From IMG/VR virus record IMGVR_UViG_3300046457_000175, positions 32,001-96,000 of that record: DNA of 64,000 nucleotides; one strand, written 5' to 3'. Source of the stretch: a virus. Positions 1-12,499 of the stretch are shown one piece after another. Each line of letters opens with the position of its first letter. Within the stretch, counting starts at the first letter, position 1. Below the pieces are notes generated by a model. The model saw only the letters and a list, made by a program, of their open reading frames with translations. It was not told the origin of the DNA and did no database searches. The position numbers were made by a program, and so were the translations under genes.

Positions 1-35
1 TGCGCGCTCGCCATGAAGTTCTTGAAAAAGCTCAT
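1..35 (-). CDS. 5' end of a leftward gene (partial, MSFFKNFMASA...)
   Basis: ATG at 35, GAAAGGAAA RBS upstream, runs off window. Confidence 0.5.
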   Translation of the reverse strand, partial: MSFFKNFMASA

Positions 36-150
36 CTGATTTCCTTTCGATTTGCAGGCTTCCGGCCTGCACGGTTTGCATTCATGCGCCGCACAGCGCA
101 TGGGTAGTCGGCCGGACCCGTAGATCCGGCTGTCTCGTTGACTGCGACGA

Positions 151-275
151 TCACATGTCGTGGATGCCGTAGTCGTTCTTGCCGCAGCGCGGGCAGGTCC
201 AGCCATACCCGCCCCAGCTGTCGTCGCCGATCCGCTTGTGATCAAAGACGATGCAGAGCAAACGCCTGAGCCACC

Positions 276-279
<4 letters not shown>
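151..279 (-). CDS. 42-aa Cys/His microprotein, DUF1660-like
   Basis: [17 protein letters not shown]...WTCPRCG; ATGA overlap with nrdJ stop. Confidence 0.6.
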
Positions 280-3707
<3,428 letters not shown>

Positions 3708-3710
3708 TCG

Positions 3711-3995
3711 TCACTCGTCTTTCGGGAGGAAAACACAGTACGGCCAGTCAGCCGGGATCGGGTCGTACTCGGACGTCGGCCGTGAAGGCGGCGCCCAATC
3801 ATTGATGCGGTAGATGTTGCCGGTCGCGGTCCGGAAGACGTTCGGCTCGATCTCCTCCACCACCTTCGCGGTGTAGATGAACCAGCCGTCGCTATACTGG
3901 CTCTTGATGTCGCCCCAGATCGTGCCGCGCAGCGAGAAGCCGCCGCCCGGAATGGAGACGCGCTGGGCCTTCTTCAGCGTGCCGCGGACCTGCAT
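3711..3995 (-). CDS. hypothetical phage protein
   Basis: 94-aa ORF packed against nrdJ and upstream ORF. Confidence 0.7.
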   Translation of the reverse strand: MQVRGTLKKAQRVSIPGGGFSLRGTIWGDIKSQYSDGWFIYTAKVVEEIEPNVFRTATGNIYRINDWAPPSRPTSEYDPIPADWPYCVFLPKDE

Positions 3996-4337
3996 TTACC
4001 CGCCCCGCTTCTTGGATCGGTAGGGATAGGTCTTCGAGTACTCGACGCGCTGCTCGCGCTTCCTCGGGACGAACTTGATCGGATGCTTGGCCAGCTCCTT
4101 GAAGAGGGCTTCGATCTCGACCTTGTTGTTCTCGTCGCGGGGGTCGATCGCATTGAGCTTGCCAACGATGGTGTCGACGGCAGCCGCCTCGGCCTTGCGC
4201 AGGCAGCGACTGGTGTGGATAGCGTTGCCGATCGAGCTGTAGGTCCGCTTCCGCTTGACCTGACTGCCCTTCGACTGCTGCTGCACGAGCAAGCCGAACG
4301 CTCGCAAAATCCCGTCCTCGGTGCTTCTGACTTCCAT
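3996..4337 (-). CDS. hypothetical basic protein
   Basis: ATG at 4337 after GGAGAAGATAGGA, downstream of a TTGC box. Confidence 0.7.
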   Translation of the reverse strand: MEVRSTEDGILRAFGLLVQQQSKGSQVKRKRTYSSIGNAIHTSRCLRKAEAAAVDTIVGKLNAIDPRDENNKVEIEALFKELAKHPIKFVPRKREQRVEYSKTYPYRSKKRGG

Positions 4338-4372
4338 GGTCCTATCTTCTCCGGTTTGCATTCAAGCAAGCT

Positions 4373-4594
4373 TCACGACATGTCTCGAATGCGGCGTCTA
4401 ATCTGTTGTCGTGCGTAGTTGGACGAGTACGGGGTCCGTGGGGACACGGCGACTGGCACCGACATCCAAATTCCCCTGACTCGAAACTCTATGAGGTGGT
4501 GCTTTTTGTCGCGGCCGAATGTGAAGGCGTCGATCTCCCCCGCATCCTTCAGCTCCTCAGCTACCTTCTTCACCTCTCGAACGTGATTTCGCAT
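4373..4594 (-). CDS. HicA-like small protein
   Basis: 73 aa; helix-GRDKKHHLIEF-strand-VPVAVSP-helix pattern resembles the HicA dsRBD-like fold. Confidence 0.45.
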   Translation of the reverse strand: MRNHVREVKKVAEELKDAGEIDAFTFGRDKKHHLIEFRVRGIWMSVPVAVSPRTPYSSNYARQQIRRRIRDMS

Positions 4595-5048
4595 CTTGCT
4601 TGCCCCGCTTTGGAAATGGCCTTGATTGCCACTTCTTCTTGCGCCGAGGCTGCTCAGGCGCCTCCGCTTCGGGGTCACCTTTGGCCAGCATTCGACGTCG
4701 AAAATCTTCGGTGTCTCTCGCTATCCGCTTGGTGCGGGCGATCTCCTGCACGTCACCGCGCGTCAGCTCCTCGCGGGAGCCGAACGTTTTCTTCGCGTGA
4801 CAATCTGTGTGCTTGGCAAAGATGAACTCCGGATCGTTGGACCGCGGAGTGACGTCCTTGGCTTCAGCGTCCCAGCACCTCAGCTGGATTGCGGGGACGT
4901 GGTCGAATTGGGTGTCGTCGAGCTTGCCCAGTCGCTGACCGCATTGGGTGCAGAGGCTGTGCTGTCTGATCACCACCTCAAGCTTCACGGTGACCGGGAT
5001 GGCCTTCCGGAAGCCTGTAGGAGGGGCAAGGTCGAGGACGCTGGGCAT
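4557..5048 (-). CDS. HNH-type Zn-binding endonuclease
   Basis: CTQC...FDHVP...N...KHTDCH pattern. Confidence 0.7.
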   Translation of the reverse strand: MPSVLDLAPPTGFRKAIPVTVKLEVVIRQHSLCTQCGQRLGKLDDTQFDHVPAIQLRCWDAEAKDVTPRSNDPEFIFAKHTDCHAKKTFGSREELTRGDVQEIARTKRIARDTEDFRRRMLAKGDPEAEAPEQPRRKKKWQSRPFPKRGKQDAKSRSRGEEGS

Positions 5049-5091
5049 TTGCTTTTCCTATTTGCATTCGAGCAAAAGGTCAAGCAAATGT

Positions 5092-5343
5092 TTAGCCCTT
5101 CTTCAGTGCGGCTATCCGAGGATGGACTTTCGCCCCGTTCCGCCTGGCGACCTTCACCGCTGTCTCAAACGGCTCGGGCAGGGGGAGCGGAACTCTGCCG
5201 AGGCAGCCGTCCGGCGTCGGCTGATCTTGCTCCCAGCCTTTCTCGCGAGCACAGCCGTAGCTTTTCGGGCAGCCCTCGGGAGGGCAGTGCTTGCTGCCGT
5301 CCCTGTGGCAGAGCCATATGGTCCAATCATCTGCCTCAGCCAT
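5092..5343 (-). CDS. hypothetical Cys-rich protein
   Basis: 83-aa ORF, overlaps the stop of the upstream gene. Confidence 0.55.
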   Translation of the reverse strand: MAEADDWTIWLCHRDGSKHCPPEGCPKSYGCAREKGWEQDQPTPDGCLGRVPLPLPEPFETAVKVARRNGAKVHPRIAALKKG

Positions 5344-5779
5344 CGCGGCGCTCCGGATCGATATAGAGCCGGTACTCCAGACCTTCGCGGTGCCACTGGC
5401 CGTCGCACACGGCGATGACCTTGTTGGCAGCGAGGAAATCCTCGTCGGTCATATCGTCGTATTCGTACAGCTCGCGCAGCTCCTTGGCCGGAACCAGGTC
5501 GCTGGTCCATTCCAGCTCAGCGTTACCGACCTTGATCCTGGCCATGTCGGTCAGGCTGTTCTCGACCTGCGAGATCGCGTGACGCAAGTCTGCAATCTCC
5601 GACAGGAGCAGAGCCGCATTGTTCGCGCCACCATTGGGATGGGCACTCAGGAAGCCGAAGCGGTCGACCTTACCCTTGGCTCTCAGGACTCTGCCGATGA
5701 CCTCGACAACCTCGCCGGCTTCTTCACCGAGGCGGTCGACCTTGCCTTGAGGCGTGGTGGGTAGGAGGTGCGGGTTCAA
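5336..5779 (-). CDS. MazG-like nucleoside triphosphate pyrophosphohydrolase
   Basis: LGEEAGEVVE...SEIADL acidic motif pair typical of the all-alpha NTP-PPase fold. Confidence 0.65.
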   Translation of the reverse strand: MNPHLLPTTPQGKVDRLGEEAGEVVEVIGRVLRAKGKVDRFGFLSAHPNGGANNAALLLSEIADLRHAISQVENSLTDMARIKVGNAELEWTSDLVPAKELRELYEYDDMTDEDFLAANKVIAVCDGQWHREGLEYRLYIDPERRDG

Positions 5780-5997
5780 CGGACTTTCCTTTCCTTAATG
5801 CGAACAGAGATCGGCCAGCGAACATTGATCCGCCATTCGTGGCGCCAGCAGCGCCAATCGCCGAGCGGCTTGCACTCACCCCAATTCCACGTCACCCCCC
5901 AATCCCGATGGCTGATGTCTGGACCGATGATCACGACCCAGCCATCTCCATAGAACAGGTGGTGTGTGGCTCGATGCCATAGCAATTTCCAGTTCAT
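5776..5997 (-). CDS. hypothetical Trp-rich protein
   Basis: 4-nt overlaps at both ends. Confidence 0.6.
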   Translation of the reverse strand: MNWKLLWHRATHHLFYGDGWVVIIGPDISHRDWGVTWNWGECKPLGDWRCWRHEWRINVRWPISVRIKERKVR

Positions 5998-6539
5998 GCC
6001 CGTGCCACCTTCAGTGCGGTTTCGAGCGCCACATGGACGCGCCGGTCGATCTCGTCGTTGGTGATGGAGTTGATCTTGCGGTTGATACGCTCGTCGATGT
6101 TGGCCAGAGCTTTCTCTTGGATGCGCTCGAAGGCGGCCTGTGCTGCCGCTGCTACCATCTGCTCGCCCGTGATGGCATATTCCTTCATGAGGGCACTGGT
6201 CTGCGCGCTCAGAGCTTCGTCCAGTTTCTTCTTTGCCTCGGGCTTGAGGGTGTAGGAGTCGCCGCGCCAGGCGTCTTTCTTGACGTTGACCAGGGCGTTC
6301 TCGAACATCTTCTCGAAGCGAGCCTTGAAGGCCTCGTTCTCCTTGACCAGGTCGATCAGGGTGTTGGCCTCGCCGCCGAAGACGGCCTGAATGACCTTCA
6401 GCACGTCCTTGTTGATGTAATTCTCGAACAGGCGACGGCAGATCTCCGCAATGACAGCCTGCTGCAGGTCCAGCTTGGCTTCCTCGGAGGCGAACAGCGC
6501 AGAGACGGCGCCGGCATCAAGTTTCAGTGCAACGGTCAT
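5994..6539 (-). CDS. hypothetical helical protein
   Basis: ATG 6539 with AAGGAA RBS, ATGA coupling. Confidence 0.7.
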   Translation of the reverse strand: MTVALKLDAGAVSALFASEEAKLDLQQAVIAEICRRLFENYINKDVLKVIQAVFGGEANTLIDLVKENEAFKARFEKMFENALVNVKKDAWRGDSYTLKPEAKKKLDEALSAQTSALMKEYAITGEQMVAAAAQAAFERIQEKALANIDERINRKINSITNDEIDRRVHVALETALKVARA

Positions 6540-6790
6540 TTCAGTTCCTTCATTTCGATGTCGACGAGTCCGTTGCCGGCGAGCCAAGCAAGGACGTTCA
6601 TGGCATTGAAGTGCCAGACCCTGGTGCCGTCTGGCTTGACGACGTTGAGCCTGCCTCGCGGAAATCGGGGAGGCGGCTTCCAGCCCTTCGGCGTGGTGAG
6701 CAAGATGCCAGCCTCCTTAGCCGGCATCTTGTTGGTGGTGTAGAAGTTGATGTTGTCGGCGCACTGCTTGGCGAGATCAGCGGGGTTCAT
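6536..6790 (-). CDS. hypothetical protein
   Basis: 84 aa, coupled ORF. Confidence 0.7.
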   Translation of the reverse strand: MNPADLAKQCADNINFYTTNKMPAKEAGILLTTPKGWKPPPRFPRGRLNVVKPDGTRVWHFNAMNVLAWLAGNGLVDIEMKELK

Positions 6791-7242
6791 GCCGCGTCCT
6801 GCTTTGGAAAGCGCACCGCCAGCTCCGCCTTGACCCGGTCGATGACGCGGCCGGAGAAGTTGTCGGGATGGCGCGGATCGGTGATGAAGCCATCCGTCAG
6901 CTCGGCATCCTCAGCCTCGGTGTGCGGATTGTTCGCATGCCACATGCCGTAGTAGTTCCGGATCGACATCGGGGAGAACAGCAGACATCCGGCGTTCTCT
7001 GGAACATCGACCTTCGGCGCGAACGGCATCTGGCGATCCCCGATCGGCGGGAAGCGCCAGCTCCACGGATCGAGCCAGTTCCTCACGGCGACTGGATCGG
7101 CTGTGACGCGCTTGAGCACGTCGGCAACGATGCCGTCCTCGTCGAGGTACGAGCCGAACCACGGCTCTTTCTGCGGTTTTTCTTTCTTCCCGAGACCCCG
7201 CATCAGGTTCGAGAGCTTCAGAAGGGTGGCCAATACCATCAC
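6787..7242 (-). CDS. hypothetical protein
   Basis: 151 aa, coupled ORF. Confidence 0.7.
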   Translation of the reverse strand: MMVLATLLKLSNLMRGLGKKEKPQKEPWFGSYLDEDGIVADVLKRVTADPVAVRNWLDPWSWRFPPIGDRQMPFAPKVDVPENAGCLLFSPMSIRNYYGMWHANNPHTEAEDAELTDGFITDPRHPDNFSGRVIDRVKAELAVRFPKQDAA

Positions 7243-7736
7243 GCTACCTCTTTGTTCTGCCGCTCGTCGTTGTCGTTGGCGGCGTCCTTGTAGTTGGACT
7301 GGGCCCGGGCTTCCTTGAGCAGCTCGTCGAGATCGAGCCCGGGGATGATGACCGACGCGACGATTTCCATCGCCCGATCGAAGTAGATCTTGAACTCCTC
7401 CTCCGGCATCGCGTCGAACGCGGTGGAGGAGGGGACGTAGATGAACTCGCCCTCGGTCGTGAGGATGGGCTCAGTCACGTTGCAGGCCAGCAGCAGCGTT
7501 TTGTGGAGCGCGTCCTCGGTCGAGAACTTGTCGGTGTTGTTGACGATGATCCGCAGCGTCACCCGATACAGGCGATGCCGCGGGCCGCTGCGTGGCTGGG
7601 CGAGCTGGATCCGGAGGGGGACGTTCTCCGGGTAGCGCTCGAACATCTCGACGTCGAACGGTGCGTGAGGGATCAGCGAGCCCTCGACCTTTCTGACGAG
7701 AATCCACTGGCTCTTGGACTTGTTGGTCTTGCTCAT
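7239..7736 (-). CDS. DUF1367/NinB-like recombination-associated protein
   Basis: PRSGPRHRLY...PSSTAFDAMPEEEF..YF pattern. Confidence 0.7.
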   Translation of the reverse strand: MSKTNKSKSQWILVRKVEGSLIPHAPFDVEMFERYPENVPLRIQLAQPRSGPRHRLYRVTLRIIVNNTDKFSTEDALHKTLLLACNVTEPILTTEGEFIYVPSSTAFDAMPEEEFKIYFDRAMEIVASVIIPGLDLDELLKEARAQSNYKDAANDNDERQNKEVA

Positions 7737-7742
7737 GACACC

Positions 7743-8045
7743 TCAGATCAGGGCTAATTGCCGCGGCGGCTTCTTCTTCGGCTGCGGCTGCTGGGGAGCT
7801 TCCTTGGCAAGTTCGCCGAGGCTCCGGACGTGATCGCGGCAGGCGTTAGCCAGCATGTCGATCTGCTCCTGAGACAGCTCGTACTGTTCCCGGTGGGCGG
7901 ATTCCTCCACCCACCAGGCACGGAGACTGCCGGCGCTGCCTGCGATTTTGATCCCAAACAGCGCCAGCTCGCAGTACGCCTCAGCTGGGGTCATGCCACT
8001 TGCCGAGGAATCTGGCGGCACCCTCGTAAAACTCCATCCAGTCAC
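7743..8045 (-). CDS. hypothetical protein
   Basis: 100-aa ORF in recombination operon. Confidence 0.55.
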   Translation of the reverse strand: MTGWSFTRVPPDSSASGMTPAEAYCELALFGIKIAGSAGSLRAWWVEESAHREQYELSQEQIDMLANACRDHVRSLGELAKEAPQQPQPKKKPPRQLALI

Positions 8046-8131
8046 CCTTGAACGTCGTGTTCTGGTTGGCCTTCAGGAAGTTGCGATGGAGCTTTTTCGC
8101 CAGCTCCACCGCCTCGGGGTTGAACGTCGTA

Positions 8132-8974
8132 TCAGCCACTCGCGGCCTCCTTGTCCTGCCTGGCCGGCTTGCTCCAGCCCAGCTTCTTCAGGCAATCCGT
8201 GGCAAAGCCGCGGAGGTCGGCGACCGCGTCTTTCGACATCTCGCCCATCATCTCCTTCACGTCCTTGCTGTTCATGAACTCCGTGACTTCCTTGATCGAC
8301 TTGCAGTTCCGGAGGTCCGTCTCTGCCTTGATGATCATGTCGTCGTGCCGGTTGCCGCCGCGCTTGTCGCCACCGTCATTGTCACGACGGTTGTCGTTAT
8401 CCTGGCGGTTGTCGTTGCTGGCCTGATCGCGACTATCGTCACGGCGATCATCGCCACGGTTGTCACGGTCGTCGCTCCGGGGTGCGGTCTTGAAGTCGTC
8501 GGCCTCCTCGGACGAGTAGGCATCGCCGTGCAGGTCGGCGAGCTTGAGGATCACGCGATCCTTGGCGCGCTTCTCAGCCATGGCGTACGGGTAGGCAGCC
8601 TGGGAGCCGCTGACGATGTAGTTGCCGAAGCAGCCATCCTTCGGCTCCTTGATCTCCTTGCCCCAGTTGTTCTTCTTGCCGGTGCCGACCAGCTGAGTGA
8701 TCTTGGCTTCGCCGATCGACCACTCCATTTTGTCGCCGACGCTGCCGAACACGATGATCACGGCCTCATCCGCCTCAGCGCGGATGATCTGGGGCTTGTC
8801 GTAGCGGATGCCCATAGCAGCACCGAGACGCTCGACGTCCTTGTGCTTGACGACTGGAGTCCCTTGGACCTCCCAGATCGCATCTTTGTCGATGTCGACC
8901 TTGTGCTTGTCGAAGACGTCGTAGATCTTGTCGAGCCGGGCGCGATTGTTGCCGTTGTTGTTCTGGCGAGCCAT
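8132..8974 (-). CDS. putative single-strand annealing protein (SSAP)
   Basis: AYPYAMAEKRAKDRVILKL motif, R/D/N-rich linker, directly downstream of the YqaJ exonuclease. Confidence 0.55.
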   Translation of the reverse strand: MARQNNNGNNRARLDKIYDVFDKHKVDIDKDAIWEVQGTPVVKHKDVERLGAAMGIRYDKPQIIRAEADEAVIIVFGSVGDKMEWSIGEAKITQLVGTGKKNNWGKEIKEPKDGCFGNYIVSGSQAAYPYAMAEKRAKDRVILKLADLHGDAYSSEEADDFKTAPRSDDRDNRGDDRRDDSRDQASNDNRQDNDNRRDNDGGDKRGGNRHDDMIIKAETDLRNCKSIKEVTEFMNSKDVKEMMGEMSKDAVADLRGFATDCLKKLGWSKPARQDKEAASG

Positions 8975-8986
8975 TTTTGCCTCCGA

Positions 8987-9934
8987 TTATGCCGCTTCTT
9001 CAGCGGCGGGTTTGTCGTTGCTATTCGCGGGTTTCTTGCGCGGCGCCCGGGTCTTCGTTGCCGCTTCTTTTGCCGGTTCCTCTGCCGGTGCCGGCGGCCG
9101 GTTGGCTGCCTCTGCGACAGCCTCCTTGATGGCCTCCTCGTCGAACTTGATCAGCTGCTTGCCGTCCTTCGACAGGTTGATGGCGATACCCTTGCCGGCA
9201 GCGGATTTGGCATCCGCGGGGAACAGCTTCTTGATCGCCTTCTTGGCCTTGTCGTGCTTCTCGACAGCCGGCTTGGTGCTGAGCAGCGTGAAGGCCAGAT
9301 CGCACCACTCGTTGTTGGTGCTCATGTCGTGGATCTTGATGCGCTCTGCGATCGGGATGTCGATCTTCGGAGCACCAGGCACGCGGCCGGTCTCGACGCA
9401 GTCCCAGAAGTCCTTCTCCGCTTCGAGCAGGGCGATCTGGTAGAACAGGTCCGCCTCGACATCGAGGATGACGTGCTGAGCTGCACCAGTCAGAATCGAC
9501 AGGTAGCCCTTCGGCAAATCCGTCACCATCATGTTGTGCTGGACCTGCGGGTAATACTTCTCGTACGCCTCCTGCTTGTTGAAGCCGAAGGGGAACATGA
9601 ACTTGAACTCGACGATCGCGATCGGGTCCGACTCCGGTGTCCTGCGCACCAGACCGTCGAGTGTGGTGTGAGCCAGCTCCCAGGCGTAGTAGTGGACCTT
9701 CTTCTGCTCGTCGGTGACGACCAGATCCATCTCGTCCTCGAACAGGTCTGCGTTCAGAGGTTCGGTCAGGTTGCCGAGATTGATCAGGATCACCTCGTCG
9801 AGGTTCTCCGGAACAGCCTCGCCACGCTTCTCCAACCACAGGCGCTCGATCGCCTCTTGATCGCCGGACATGATGATCTTGGCGTCAGATCCGCCGATAG
9901 ACTTCATGCGGGCGGCACGAGCCTCTTCGCTCAT
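8987..9934 (-). CDS. YqaJ/lambda-exonuclease-family 5'-3' exonuclease
   Basis: RMKSIGGSDA, TLDG, EFK, QVQHNM motifs. Confidence 0.88.
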   Translation of the reverse strand: MSEEARAARMKSIGGSDAKIIMSGDQEAIERLWLEKRGEAVPENLDEVILINLGNLTEPLNADLFEDEMDLVVTDEQKKVHYYAWELAHTTLDGLVRRTPESDPIAIVEFKFMFPFGFNKQEAYEKYYPQVQHNMMVTDLPKGYLSILTGAAQHVILDVEADLFYQIALLEAEKDFWDCVETGRVPGAPKIDIPIAERIKIHDMSTNNEWCDLAFTLLSTKPAVEKHDKAKKAIKKLFPADAKSAAGKGIAINLSKDGKQLIKFDEEAIKEAVAEAANRPPAPAEEPAKEAATKTRAPRKKPANSNDKPAAEEAA

Positions 9935-9990
9935 GCCAATGTGTCCAGTTCGCTTCCTCATTGTGCAAATCCTTGCATTCAAACAAATGG

Positions 9991-10665
9991 TTAGACGTAC
10001 TGACGCCAGATGGCCTTGTCGCCGAGGGTCTCGACGAAGGCTCTGTGGGCCGCACGATCCTCATTGGTGATGGGGCTCGGCAGCGGCGTTGGCCGCTGCA
10101 GAGTCTTTGGTGCGTCGAAGACTTCCTGCACGGCCTCGGAGGCCAGCGACATGCCGAACTGCCGGCCGCCGCACAGCTCCACGTAGACCTGAGCCAGAAG
10201 CTCGGAGTCGAGAAGGGCTCCGTGCGTTATTCGTCTCGACGAGTCGATGTCGTAGAGCGAGCAGAGTGCATCCAGGGTGTGCCGGCGACGCGGATGGACC
10301 GCCTTCGCCAGCTCCAGGGTGTCGACCACTTCGTTCTCAAGCGGGTTGATGCCGAGCCGGTCCAGCTCCTCATTGATCATGCCCATATCGAAAGCTGCGT
10401 TGTGGATGACCAGACGGGCTCCTTCGATGAAGTTCAGGAACCGGTTATGAATCCGCTTGAACGTCGGCTTCGTGCGGAGAAACACGTCGCTCAGACCGTG
10501 GACCTTGTAGGCTTCCCTGTGAACAGGATGCAGCGGGTTGCAGTACTGATGGTACGTGTTCCCTGTGGGGATCATGTCGATCATCTCGACACAGCCGATC
10601 TCACAGATCCGATCGACTTTGCGATCGAGCCCGGTCGTCTCCGTGTCGAGAATGATCTCACGCAT
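9991..10665 (-). CDS. dnaQ: DNA polymerase III epsilon-like 3'-5' exonuclease
   Basis: ILDTETTG, HNAAFD, HGALLDS (DEDDh). Confidence 0.95.
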   Translation of the reverse strand: MREIILDTETTGLDRKVDRICEIGCVEMIDMIPTGNTYHQYCNPLHPVHREAYKVHGLSDVFLRTKPTFKRIHNRFLNFIEGARLVIHNAAFDMGMINEELDRLGINPLENEVVDTLELAKAVHPRRRHTLDALCSLYDIDSSRRITHGALLDSELLAQVYVELCGGRQFGMSLASEAVQEVFDAPKTLQRPTPLPSPITNEDRAAHRAFVETLGDKAIWRQYV

Positions 10666-11632
10666 TCGTCAGTTCTTCCATAAGTGGCTCGGTCACCGTC
10701 TGGTACCGCTGCATCCGGGTGATTGCCTTGACCTCATCGACGGAGATCTCGAACTCGGCTGCGATGTTGCGCAGACCATCGTCCGGGATGAAGTCTTTCC
10801 AACCACGGCTCAGCTTCCAGTAGCGCTTGAACACGCCTGGCACATAATCAGGTGCTGAGGGCTTGGACGTGGATGCTGCCGGCGTCATCGTGATTGCCGT
10901 ATCGACGTCGATACGCTTGGTGGCAACGGGGGCCGGAGCGGTCGCAACGGGAGCCGGGGCTGGCTTGGTCGCCGCGATATACGGCTTCCTACGGCCCGGC
11001 TTGGGCTTCCACTTGCGCAAGCACTTCGCGTTTTCGCCTGATCCGAACGCCTGTTCCCACAGATCGTCCAACTTCCAGTCACCACGCACGCTATCCTTGA
11101 ACAGCGAGACGTACGGATACGGCCCGTTCGTGTTGACCTTCAGCTCCTGACCTGCTTGCCGGCGGCCTTCCTCCGTGTCCTTGCGTTCCACCACACGATC
11201 GAGACTGCGCACCCGACGATCCGAGGAAATCTCGTAGAAGCCTCGATATAGACGGATTGGCTTCCACTTCACGACCTCGCCCCGAGCGTCGCTCTCAACC
11301 TTTTCCGTTTTCGCCGGGTTGCGCTCATTCTTCCAGAGAGGGATCGCCATCGCGCCGCCCCCGAACTCCTGCTCCATCAGGTCATCGACAGTGAAGCACA
11401 TCTCCTCGCGAAGCCGGAAAAGCGTGACGCGCTCTTCACCTGACGCGGTGATCCTCTTCTGCTTGATGCGCTCGGGGACTGTCGTCATATCGCCTCGGCT
11501 CCCCATTCGCGGGACGAAGCGCTCGACGCCCTTGATTCTGCGCAAGCTCGAGATCTGGTAGTCACCGTTGAAGCCCTGGATATCTTTCCAGTCCTCGGTC
11601 TGATTGATCGGTAGTTCGTGCTGCTCGTTCAT
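10658..11632 (-). CDS. protein with two NUMOD4-like domains, no recognisable HNH
   Basis: EDWKDIQGFNGDYQISS and VKWKPIRLYRGFYEISSDRRVRS. Confidence 0.65.
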   Translation of the reverse strand: MNEQHELPINQTEDWKDIQGFNGDYQISSLRRIKGVERFVPRMGSRGDMTTVPERIKQKRITASGEERVTLFRLREEMCFTVDDLMEQEFGGGAMAIPLWKNERNPAKTEKVESDARGEVVKWKPIRLYRGFYEISSDRRVRSLDRVVERKDTEEGRRQAGQELKVNTNGPYPYVSLFKDSVRGDWKLDDLWEQAFGSGENAKCLRKWKPKPGRRKPYIAATKPAPAPVATAPAPVATKRIDVDTAITMTPAASTSKPSAPDYVPGVFKRYWKLSRGWKDFIPDDGLRNIAAEFEISVDEVKAITRMQRYQTVTEPLMEELTNA

Positions 11633-11838
11633 CGCCGTATCGGTCTCCTGGTAAATGGGTCGATGCCGTCTTCACGGATCTGGATGTTGAGTTGTTCGTG
11701 CGCCCGGTCCAGGACGGCCTCGGACGCAGAGTGGTAGGCGGACCTCGCGAGATCGATTTCGTGCGGCGATGCCCCCGAAAGGATTGCCGCCCGAAACCGC
11801 TCCAGCGTCGAGAGCTGAACATGCAGGGCTGAGTGCAT
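11629..11838 (-). CDS. hypothetical protein
   Basis: coupled ORF; start uncertain. Confidence 0.5.
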   Translation of the reverse strand: MHSALHVQLSTLERFRAAILSGASPHEIDLARSAYHSASEAVLDRAHEQLNIQIREDGIDPFTRRPIRR

Positions 11839-11866
11839 GTTCAGGTGAGCCTCAGCCCCTTCTTGG

Positions 11867-12499
11867 CTACGCCGCGTCACGGAGCCAGGTCTTCCGGAAG
11901 GTGATGCCGGTGCGTTCCTCGAACCGGCGCAGCAAGGCGACCACTTCGTCGGCATTGAACTTGGTGTAGAGACCATCGAGCGACGGCGCGGCGTCCTTGA
12001 AGAAGGTCGAAGTCGGCTTCTCGATCGGGTAGATGTCCTCGAACTGCTGCAGCATCAGGACGGTCTCGTTGCCAGCGATGCGGATGGTGTGCAGGTCGTC
12101 AGCCTGCATGTAGTAGGACTCGCCATTGGTGAACCGACTGCGGTTCGCCTCGAACAGCATCTCCTCACCAGCGAAAGTGAAACCGTCGCCGCCGTTCATC
12201 GGCGTCCGATACTCGAACCAGTTGTAGATCTTGCCCAGCTCGTCATTCATGGTGCGACGGAACCAGACGTTCTCGACAGCGCCGGCTGCGACGAAGGTCT
12301 CGAAGTCGTAGCGGTGGTCGTGAGGCGCAACGACCTCGGGCAGCTTGTTGACGTCGCCGTCGAAGAAGTGCAGCCGAACCGTCTCCGTCTCCGAGCGCTT
12401 CAGGCAGAGATAATGGAAACCCTTGACGTGCATGTCCTTGAACGAGTGCTCAACGATCTGGTCGATGTCGAGTCTGGCCGGCAGCGGAAGGCTATTCAT
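11867..12499 (-). CDS. cupin-like (double-stranded beta-helix) protein
   Basis: PHDHRYDF...DDLHTI His triad spacing. Confidence 0.5.
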   Translation of the reverse strand: MNSLPLPARLDIDQIVEHSFKDMHVKGFHYLCLKRSETETVRLHFFDGDVNKLPEVVAPHDHRYDFETFVAAGAVENVWFRRTMNDELGKIYNWFEYRTPMNGGDGFTFAGEEMLFEANRSRFTNGESYYMQADDLHTIRIAGNETVLMLQQFEDIYPIEKPTSTFFKDAAPSLDGLYTKFNADEVVALLRRFEERTGITFRKTWLRDAA

